Assembly: GCA_039208735.1 (NCBI GenBank)
Contig: JBCCQY010000082.1
Span: 1 to 38,142, forward strand
Direction of reading: 5' to 3'
DNA length: 38,142 nucleotides
Source of the DNA: Myxococcota bacterium
GTDB lineage: Bacteria > Myxococcota_A > UBA796 > GCA-2862545
Both the position numbers and the translations under genes were made by a program. Position 1 is the stretch's first letter. The number at the start of each line of letters is the position of its first letter. The notes below the pieces were generated by a model. The model was not told the DNA's origin, made no database searches, and saw only the letters and a list, made by a program, of their open reading frames with translations. This document shows, one piece after another, positions 19,175-26,875 of this stretch.

Positions 19175-22100
19175 GTGGAACGCGTCGCGACGTGGCTGCT
19201 CGATCCCTTCGTCGATCCGGCAAGCCGCACCTACTGGGCCTCGCTGTTGGTGGCGGGGGGGATCGCCGGACTCCTTTGGCTGGTGAGCCGACGACGGTTC
19301 TTTGGCCCATCGTTGGGCGATACGCTGCGGCACCCATCCAGCTTGCTCGATGTTCAGCTGCTGGTCGCACGACAACTCTTGCGGGGGCTCGGCGCACTGC
19401 CCGTGATCGGTGCGGGCTTTGGACTCGCCACGTGGCTCGTCCGCCGTCTCGATGCGACCTTCGGCGTGCCCGACCTACAGGCGCCCGCCTGGGTCGTCGT
19501 GCCGCTCTATACCGCGGTCCTCTTCATCGTCTGGGACGCATCACGCTACGTCTTGCACCGCCTCATGCACGAGGTGCCCGCGTTGTGGGCGTTGCATCAA
19601 GTGCACCATTCGGCCGAGGTGATGACCCCACTCACCTTTCACCGAATCCATCCGTTGGAATCGCTCTTGTATGGGCTCCGAGGCTGGTTGGTGACCGCCG
19701 TTGTTGCAGCCGGCTTCTTCTGGGCCTTTCGCGACACCGCGACCATCTGGACCCTCGCGGGCGTTCACGGCGTTGGATTCCTGTTCAATGCGGCGTTTGG
19801 CAACCTGCGCCATAGCCACGTGTGGATCAGCTTTGGGTGGCTCGAACGCATCTTCGTGAGTCCCGCCCAGCACCAGCTGCACCATGCGGTCGGCCAGGAC
19901 CGCTGGAATTACGGCACGTGGCTTTCCATGTGGGATCAGCTCGGTGGCACCTTCGCACCGGCCGTCACCCCACCCCAGCGGCTGGGACTCGTCACCCCCA
20001 ACCATGACCACACCCTCTGGTCGGCGTGGTTCAGCCCCCTTGCGAGCTGGGTCCGGCCTGGGGTCCAAGGGGCGACCGCTGCCGTTGCATTCCTGTTGAC
20101 GAGCACAACGGCGTTCGGCGCGCCGCCTGACCCCGAGGAGACCGACGCGGAGGCTGCGGAGCCCGATGCCCGAATGATCGTCCGCGCCGAGTGGGAAACG
20201 CCTGGGTCGGTGAACGTCGTCGACGAGGCCCAGCTTGCACGGTTCGAACGCGACGACATCGGCGCCGTTCTGGGCAATGTGCCCGGCGTGACCATTCGCG
20301 AAGAGGACGGATTCGGACTTCGCCCGAATATCGGCATTCGCGGGGTGAGTTCGGATCGCTCGTCGAAGATCACGCTGCTCGAAGACGGGGTGCTCCTCGG
20401 TCCCGCGCCCTATTCCGCGCCTGCCGCCTACTACTTCCCCATGGTCACTCGGGTGACTGGCGTAGAGGTCTCCAAAGGGCCCGCCGCCATCCAGAACGGC
20501 CCGTCGACGGTCGGCGGTGCGATCAACCTGTTGTCGCGCGACCTCCCCGAAGGGCCCGCCGCCGCCATCGACCTCGCCGTTGGCCTACGGCGCACGGGCA
20601 AGGTGCACGCCTGGACGGGCACTCAAGGAGAGCATTTCGGCTTCATCGTGGAGGGCGTGGGGCTGCGGACCGACGGCTTCAAGGTCCTCGACGATGGAGG
20701 CCGAACCGGGTTTGACCGTGGTGAAGTGCAGCTCAAGGCCCGTTGGCGCTCGGCATCCAGCGGCTCCCGGACCCAAGCCATCGAACTGAAGCTCGGGTAC
20801 TCGGCCGAACGTTCCTTTGAGACGTATCTGGGCTTGCAAGTTGCAGACTATGCAAACGACCCCTATCGACGGTACGCGGCGACCTCCGAGGCGTTGATGC
20901 GCTGGCGGCGGCTCCTCGCTGAACTTCGCATTCCCGTCCGCATCGACAACGTGCGCATCGAAACCACGGCCTACCATCACGACCTCGAACGGGCGTGGAC
21001 GAAGTTCAACCGCTTTGACAATGGGCCCGACGTGCACGCGTTGCTCGCCAACCCGGTTGGCGGAACCAATGCGGTGTTCCTCGCCATTCTACGCGGCGAA
21101 GAGGACACCACCATCGATGGCCAGCGGCTGCTCATCGGTACCAACGACCGTTCGTTTCTCTCGAGCGGCGTGCAGTCCAAGCTCACCGTGCAACACACCC
21201 TCGGTCGAGCCACGTCGCGCTTCGAAGCCGGGCTGCGACTTCACGCCGACCAGATCACCCGCTTTCATACCGAAGATCCGTTCAATATGATCGACGGCCA
21301 GCTCGTCCGTGATGATGAGGAGACCGACGTCATCGAGGACACAACGTCCTGGGCACGAGCGATTGCCGGCTACGTACACGAGGACCTCATTGCGGGACGT
21401 TGGCACTTCGTGCCGGGCGTGCGCGTTGAATCCATTTGGACCCGACGAGAGCTAGCGGCCAACCCAGACTGGACCCATCAACTCGGCGTGTTGCCAGGGG
21501 TGGGGCTGCTCTACGACGTAACGCCGTCTACCGCGGTCTTCCTCGGCCTTCACCGAGGGTTTTCTCCAGTGGCGCCCGGCTCTCCTCAGGGCACGAGCCC
21601 CGAATCCAGCTGGAACACCGAAGGCGGCTTGCGATGGCGCGGGCCCAAGTCCTCGTTCTCTGCACTTGCCTACGTCAACGACTACATCAACCTTACCGGT
21701 CAATGCTCGTTTAGCGCGGGCTGCGTTGTGGACGCGATCGACCAGCAGTTCAATGCGGGTCGGGTCTGGGTCTACGGGGCCGAGGTTGAAGCCGAGCACG
21801 TCGTGTCCCTCTCGCCGACTCTGGAATTGCCGCTCCGCGCGACCTACACGTGGACCGAAGGGCGTTTCCGAACCGCGTTTGAGTCAGGGTTCCCGCAGTT
21901 CGGTGTGGTCTCGATCGGCGACTACCTGCCCTATGTGGCGCGGCATCAGGCGTCAGCGCAGGTGGGGCTTCGTCACCGTCGGTTCGATGTCGCCGCCTCG
22001 GTTCGCACCCGGAGCCCGATGCTGGACGCGGCCGGTCCATTCGACAGGCCCGAGATTCCGGCCTTGACCGTTCTCGATGTCGCGGCCAACGTGGCGATCT

Positions 22101-22246
22101 CGCGGAACCTCTCGGTCTACGCGACGGGGTCGAACCTCACAAATGCAAGCCCCTTGGTCAGCCTTCGCCCGTTTGGGGCACGGCCCCCCGCCCCGCTGCA
22201 AGTCATGGTTGGGGTAAAGGCGGCTACGGGGCAATCCACAAGGTAG
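19175..22246 (+). CDS. Fusion of a sterol desaturase/fatty-acid hydroxylase family domain and a FecA-like TonB-dependent receptor
   Basis: aa ~1-290 carry His boxes HRLMH, HQVHH, HSH, HQLHH and NYG..WD. From aa ~330: plug (VPGV..EEDGFGLRPNIGIRG, LLEDG, VEVSKGP..GGAINL) and beta-barrel ending in NLTN..RP..P..VMVGVK. Confidence 0.9.
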   Translation: MERVATWLLDPFVDPASRTYWASLLVAGGIAGLLWLVSRRRFFGPSLGDTLRHPSSLLDVQLLVARQLLRGLGALPVIGAGFGLATWLVRRLDATFGVPDLQAPAWVVVPLYTAVLFIVWDASRYVLHRLMHEVPALWALHQVHHSAEVMTPLTFHRIHPLESLLYGLRGWLVTAVVAAGFFWAFRDTATIWTLAGVHGVGFLFNAAFGNLRHSHVWISFGWLERIFVSPAQHQLHHAVGQDRWNYGTWLSMWDQLGGTFAPAVTPPQRLGLVTPNHDHTLWSAWFSPLASWVRPGVQGATAAVAFLLTSTTAFGAPPDPEETDAEAAEPDARMIVRAEWETPGSVNVVDEAQLARFERDDIGAVLGNVPGVTIREEDGFGLRPNIGIRGVSSDRSSKITLLEDGVLLGPAPYSAPAAYYFPMVTRVTGVEVSKGPAAIQNGPSTVGGAINLLSRDLPEGPAAAIDLAVGLRRTGKVHAWTGTQGEHFGFIVEGVGLRTDGFKVLDDGGRTGFDRGEVQLKARWRSASSGSRTQAIELKLGYSAERSFETYLGLQVADYANDPYRRYAATSEALMRWRRLLAELRIPVRIDNVRIETTAYHHDLERAWTKFNRFDNGPDVHALLANPVGGTNAVFLAILRGEEDTTIDGQRLLIGTNDRSFLSSGVQSKLTVQHTLGRATSRFEAGLRLHADQITRFHTEDPFNMIDGQLVRDDEETDVIEDTTSWARAIAGYVHEDLIAGRWHFVPGVRVESIWTRRELAANPDWTHQLGVLPGVGLLYDVTPSTAVFLGLHRGFSPVAPGSPQGTSPESSWNTEGGLRWRGPKSSFSALAYVNDYINLTGQCSFSAGCVVDAIDQQFNAGRVWVYGAEVEAEHVVSLSPTLELPLRATYTWTEGRFRTAFESGFPQFGVVSIGDYLPYVARHQASAQVGLRHRRFDVAASVRTRSPMLDAAGPFDRPEIPALTVLDVAANVAISRNLSVYATGSNLTNASPLVSLRPFGARPPAPLQVMVGVKAATGQSTR

Positions 22247-22907
22247 CCAGACCTCCAAGCGGTCCCATGAATGCTCCTAGGGCCGTCAAAACCATCACCA
22301 ACGCCACGGCGGTCCAGACCATCGGGGAGGCGTTTTGTGTGGGCGCTGGACTCGGCGCATGGGTGCTCGGAATCGAAGCCCGGAGGGCCTCCGCATCGAC
22401 CGAGGGGGTCTGTGACGGGACCTCAACCGTCTCGAGTTCGGGCTGTAGCGCCTCGAGCGTGGCCACCAGGGCCGCCGGAGAGGGGCGAGCTTTGGGGTCG
22501 GCATGGGCTCCGTCTGCGACGACAGATCGCAGCGGCTCGGGCAGATCGTCCCAACGAGGGCTGTCCCCTGCTGCGAGATGCAAGTCGGCCGGCGGCTGGG
22601 CCGTCACCAAGTGGAACAACACCAGTGACAGGGCATAGACGTCACCCGAGGGCGTTGGAGAAGCCCCCGGACGCCGGAGTTCCGGAGCCGTATACGAGCG
22701 TAGGACCAGCTCCGCACGGTCGGATGGCCAATGCAGTTCGAGCCCTTCAGGTCCCTGGACCAGCGTAGTCGGGCTCAACCCGCCACGACCTCGGCCTGCA
22801 GCGTGCGTCTCGGTTAGGGCCGCGAAGGCGTCGAGGACCACCGTCACGGCTTCGGTGGGTGGCAGGGGCCCCACATCGGTCAGGCGCGTCATGAGACCCG
22901 GTACCAC
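22224..22907 (-). CDS. Kinase C-lobe-only pseudokinase with a C-terminal TM helix
   Basis: YTAPE, SGDVYALSLVLFHL and DPKARP are present; Gly-loop, VAIK, HRD and DFG are absent. Start is GTG 22907 or ATG 22892. Confidence 0.7.
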   Translation of the reverse strand: MVPGLMTRLTDVGPLPPTEAVTVVLDAFAALTETHAAGRGRGGLSPTTLVQGPEGLELHWPSDRAELVLRSYTAPELRRPGASPTPSGDVYALSLVLFHLVTAQPPADLHLAAGDSPRWDDLPEPLRSVVADGAHADPKARPSPAALVATLEALQPELETVEVPSQTPSVDAEALRASIPSTHAPSPAPTQNASPMVWTAVALVMVLTALGAFMGPLGGLATLWIAP

Positions 22908-22911
22908 TTCA

Positions 22912-23082
22912 CCCCCCGTGGCGTCTGGCGTGACCGGGTTTCACGAGGGGACCCACGCAATGGATCGGCACGCGGGTTGCGAGTCACCCAGCGTCGCGCG
23001 GACTTCCCTCTCCCGCGCGCCGGACGATCCACGAATGGGCACCCTTGACCTCCGTGGCAACGGCCCACCGACCTACCGAGGA
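22912..23082 (-). ncRNA. Candidate structured RNA (long interrupted stem ending in a three-way junction); family unassigned
   Basis: Nested complementary segments read by eye; G-U pairs favour the minus strand (details in findings). Confidence 0.5.
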
Positions 23083-23139
23083 CAGTTCGTGGCCGACACG
23101 CTTCAGCTTGAACCTTGCGTATCGCTCATCTGCGAGGAG

Positions 23140-23574
23140 CTACCAGCGAGGCTTATAATCCTTGGGCGCGGGTTCGAAACCCGCCTCGTAGGTCGTCACG
23201 AAGCAATGTTGATTGCCATCGACCGGGACCGCCTCGACGTCGTCGCGGTAGGTCACGCTCCACGGGCTATCTCCGTCGACCTCTGCCGAGCAGGTAGCAG
23301 AGCCGAACGTCAGAATGGCGAGTTCAGTGCCGAACAGGGAGCGGTCCCGGTCGTAGAAGAACGACGTGGTCAGTACCCACTGGCCATCCAGGTCACGGTC
23401 GAGAAAGCAAGAACCGTTTTCGGGTGAGCGTGCGCCACCCGTGGCCCAAACCTCGACTTCAACAAGGCCGGGAAGCGATTCGGGCATCGTGAAACAAGGG
23501 TTGGCGTTGTCGACCACTTCCCGGGGAGCGCAGCCCCACAACACCCATAGCAACATCAAAACACTGCGATTCAT
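23140..23574 (-). CDS. Putative lipoprotein
   Basis: GGAGG RBS; MNRSVLMLLWVLWGC lipobox; four further Cys residues. Confidence 0.7.
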   Translation of the reverse strand: MNRSVLMLLWVLWGCAPREVVDNANPCFTMPESLPGLVEVEVWATGGARSPENGSCFLDRDLDGQWVLTTSFFYDRDRSLFGTELAILTFGSATCSAEVDGDSPWSVTYRDDVEAVPVDGNQHCFVTTYEAGFEPAPKDYKPRW

Positions 23575-23670
23575 CGATCCTCCACGGCGAGGGTACCCGA
23601 CGAAATTGCGAATGGGTCATCGCTGTCTTGGCTTGCGACGAATAATTCGGGCCCTGACGACGGAGGCGGC

Positions 23671-23997
23671 ATGAGCCAGCGGGTGTTCGAAGGGGTCGTG
23701 ATCAGCATTGCGCTTGGATTCTTCGCCATCTTCATGGCGGTTGTGGTGCCTCCGCTTCTCGAGCATCCCGATGTCCCTGGCGCGTTTGCTGCGGGATTCG
23801 TGAACCCCTACTCCTCCGGCTATTCCTCCGACGTCATCGCCTGCTGGCTCATCCTCATGGCCTGGGTGGCCTACGAGGCCAAGCATGTTCGCTACGGCTG
23901 GGTTTGCGTGCTGCTTGGGGTCGTGCCTGGCGTCGCGGTGGGCTTGGCGGGCTACCTCGTGTTGCGTGGCCGTCAGCTCCGGGATGCGGCCTCGTGA
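23671..23997 (+). CDS. Small membrane protein (DUF2834-like)
   Basis: GGAGG RBS; three TM segments; FVNPYSSGYSSD and VPGVAVGLAGYL. Confidence 0.75.
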   Translation: MSQRVFEGVVISIALGFFAIFMAVVVPPLLEHPDVPGAFAAGFVNPYSSGYSSDVIACWLILMAWVAYEAKHVRYGWVCVLLGVVPGVAVGLAGYLVLRGRQLRDAAS

Positions 23998-25467
23998 CCG
24001 AATCTGCTCGGCCCCGTCGTGGCAGCTTCGGTCGCGCGTTTGCGTCTTCGGCACTCGGTACTGGACTATCGCGAGGTCTCGGAGCCGCCCGTGAGATCGC
24101 AGTCGCCGCGATCCTGGGCGCATCGATCACCTCAGACGTCTTTCTGACGGCGTTCCTGATTCCGAACCTGTTCCGAAGGTTTGTAGCGGATGAGGGGCTC
24201 ACGGGTGCCTTGCTCCCCGCACTCGCCAAGGCTGAGGCCGAAGGTGGCGAAGAAGAAGCACGACAACTCGCCGCGAGCACTCTTGGGGTGCTCCTCGTCG
24301 TGAACGGAATCCTTTGTGTCATGGGCATGGTTGGAGCCAAGTGGCTGGTGCTGGTCTTTGCCCCGACCTGGCATGACGATCCGGTCAAGATGGCCCTGGC
24401 GATCGACCTGACGCGGTGGCTCTTTCCTTTCTTGACCATGGTCAGCCTTGTCAGTCACTTCGAAGCCTTGCTGAACCATCGAGGGCACTTCTTTGTGCCC
24501 AAAGCCGCGCCTGGGCTGGTGAGCGGAGGCATGGTGGCGAGCGCGCTATTGCTTGGCGATGTTCTTAACGAACCTGTCTATGCCTTGGTCGCAGGGGTGC
24601 TCGTCGGCGGGGTCGCCCACGTACTCGTCCACTTGCCCTTTGTATGGTCCCATTGGGGACCCATAGGTCTGTCGCTTCCCTGAAGGAGCGACCTCCCACT
24701 ACCACTACGGTCTGCGGCTCACGGACCTCGCCCAAGGCATCATTGCCGTCGCCATTGGCTCTGCGTTGTTGCCAAACCTCTCGGGAGCCGTCGCACAGGA
24801 CAATGACACACGATTCCGGACCCAGCTTGTCGGGGGGCTGCGGCTCGCAGGATTCTTGCTCATCCCGACCGCGATTGCGGTTTGGGTATGGGCAGAACCT
24901 TTGCTGGCCCTTTTGTTCCGAGTCGGTCGCTTCACCTGGGCAGACGTCGAAGCTACCGGGTTGGTCGTTCGATACCTCGTGCCGTTCTTGCTGGCGGTGG
25001 CTGGCGCGAACATCGTCAAGCGCGCATTCTATGCCCTCGGCGACCGAGTCACCCTGCTGGTGGTGGGAGCGGGGGGCTTGGTGATGACGGCAGGGCTGGG
25101 GTTCGTTTTGGCTTCCCGCATGGGCATCGCTGGGCTCGCCCTTGCACTTTCCCTTTCCACAGGTGTCCAGTTTTTGGCCTACCTCGTTGTCCTGCATGTT
25201 CGACAGGGCGCGGATTCAGGACTCCCCAACCTTCTCGGTCCATTCCTACGTATGACCCTCGCCGCATTACCGATGGGGGTATGGCTGTATGCACTGTACC
25301 CACTCGGGGATTGGGCGGCGGGCCCTTGGAAATGGGAGAACTGGGCCGTCAGCATCCTAGGCGGAACCGTGGGAGCAGGTCTCTATCTCGCTGTGGCCCA
25401 CGTTCTTGGCATCGACGAGATGGCTACGCTGCGCTCCCGTGCATCCGTGTGGCTTCGAGCGCGCTGA
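23994..25467 (+). pseudogene. murJ: Lipid II flippase MurJ/MviN, disrupted by an internal deletion plus frameshift near 24670-24683
   Basis: 5' part has SRGLGAARE and AFLIPNLFRRFVADEG and ends at GPIGLSLP*. 3' part resumes in another frame as FPEGATSHYHYGLRL..IGSALLP..RAFYA. Confidence 0.85.
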
Positions 25468-25520
25468 AGGACGGTCCTTCCCAGCAAGCCTATGATGCGT
25501 GCATCGATCAGGAGAGAACG

Positions 25521-26474
25521 ATGTTGCTCCTCTGGGCAGTCGCATGCGGGGTCTTCGGTCCCGACTACGGACCTTACAACTCCATTGTCCGCTTGCAGCG
25601 GGCCGCCGTAGAAGCCGCACCGTGTGACGCACCTGCCGTAATGGCGCTTGTCGAGACGCTGGAGAAGGTTGACGTGCCCGCGGCCCTGGAGGTCTACCGC
25701 ACCTACGATGGCGGCTGCGATCCGCGTGAACGGGGATTGACAAGCCAACACGCAGAGCGAGAACGGTCCGATGGCGACCCCGAACGAGCCCTTGCCCTCG
25801 GAGAGCGGCTGTTCGAGGCCAACCCGTCACGCATCCGCGCCCTCTTCATCGCAGAGGTCCTCGACAAGCTCGAGCGGGCCGAACAGGCCTTGGTCTGGCG
25901 TCGACAGGCCGTGGCCCTCGATCCGAAGGACGGGCAAGCGCTCCGCAAGCTGGCCGAGGTCGAGGAGGCGACAGGCAAGCCGTGCTCGGCCTACGTCCGC
26001 TGGCGCCAGCTTTGGGTCGCGGATCGCGACGCTCGCGGAGAGGCCGGTGTGCAAGCCGAGCGGCTCCTCGGGGTGCCCGCCTGTACCGATATGGTCGTGG
26101 CCGGCACCGACACCGTCCGCTCGACGCTTCTCATCCGAGCCTTTGTGTTTCCCATCACGTTCGGCGATTCGTCCATCGACCTCGGTACCGACACCGCGTC
26201 AGCGTGGACCTACGCAACCCACGAGGCGCTAGAAGGCGTGGCCACCGAGGACCTCGGCCAAGAGCTGTCGTTCAAGACCGCGTGGGGCGTGCTGAAAGGA
26301 GACCTGAAGCGGGTGGACCAGCTCCGGATCGGGGCGGTCGAACTCCATGACGTGCAGCTCGTGGCCGTACCCGTCTTGATGGACGGTCTCAAAGGGGCCC
26401 TGGGTCGCAACGTGCTCGCGCGTGTGTCCCTCAGGCGCGAGACCGAGGACCGCTGGACGGTAACCGCTGACTAA
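25521..26474 (+). CDS. Lipoprotein with a TPR-like region and a C-terminal retropepsin-like aspartic protease domain
   Basis: AGGAG RBS; MLLLWAVAC; helical repeats (RQAVALDPKD); DTAS, LRIGAVELHDV and GALGRNVL. Confidence 0.75.
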   Translation: MLLLWAVACGVFGPDYGPYNSIVRLQRAAVEAAPCDAPAVMALVETLEKVDVPAALEVYRTYDGGCDPRERGLTSQHAERERSDGDPERALALGERLFEANPSRIRALFIAEVLDKLERAEQALVWRRQAVALDPKDGQALRKLAEVEEATGKPCSAYVRWRQLWVADRDARGEAGVQAERLLGVPACTDMVVAGTDTVRSTLLIRAFVFPITFGDSSIDLGTDTASAWTYATHEALEGVATEDLGQELSFKTAWGVLKGDLKRVDQLRIGAVELHDVQLVAVPVLMDGLKGALGRNVLARVSLRRETEDRWTVTAD

Positions 26475-26507
26475 ACCCAAGGGAGAGCTGGCGATGAGCC
26501 AGGAAAC

Positions 26508-26810
26508 TCAAACGCCTTTCGTGAATCGCGGTGGGCCCATGACAACCTCCGGTTCACCCGCAAGCAGCGGTCCAACCTCCGCCATGTACGCGGCGAACCA
26601 TGGCGCAGCCGCGTTCGCCTGGAAGGCCTCGGCATTTGCGTACACCTCACAGAGCATGAATCGATCGGCATCGTGTGGATCATCGAGCCACAGGTAGAAC
26701 ACCTGCGCCTCGTTGCCCTCGAGGCGAGGCTGCAAGTGTTGTTGCCACGCGGCATGAACCGCATCGCGTTGCCCCGGTTGGGTCTGGGTCGTCACGATGA
26801 TGCTGAGCAT
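26508..26810 (-). CDS. Antibiotic biosynthesis monooxygenase (ABM/YgiN-like) protein
   Basis: Motifs TQPGQRD, DRFMLCEVY, AFQAN..APWF; GGAGG upstream of the ATG. Confidence 0.8.
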   Translation of the reverse strand: MLSIIVTTQTQPGQRDAVHAAWQQHLQPRLEGNEAQVFYLWLDDPHDADRFMLCEVYANAEAFQANAAAPWFAAYMAEVGPLLAGEPEVVMGPPRFTKGV

Positions 26811-26875
26811 GGTGGGAACCTCCGGAAGTCGCTTAGGCACCGGGCCTGTCCCTCACCATCCATCCTTGGGTGGAC

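Noticed and set aside
23000..23010. Minus-strand GAGGGAAGTCC resembles the RNase P RNA motif GAGGAAAGTCC
   Set aside because: One mismatch in a near-invariant motif, no recognisable downstream ACAGAA/CGGCTTA elements, and too little intergenic space.
23095..23114. GACACGCTTCAGCTTGAACC resembles a stretch of E. coli 6S RNA
   Set aside because: No complementary GGTTCAA follows it, and it lies outside the paired rod; probably chance.
22855..23427. 190-aa plus-strand ORF across the structured intergenic region
   Set aside because: Overlaps two opposite-strand genes and has no recognisable motifs.
24661..24690. Programmed ribosomal frameshift in murJ
   Set aside because: A conserved protein segment is missing at the junction, so a frameshift alone would not restore a full MurJ.
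24882..25520. N-terminal extension of the 530-aa ORF 24882..26474
   Set aside because: Overlaps the murJ 3' half; the real start is the ATG at 25521 with an AGGAG RBS.
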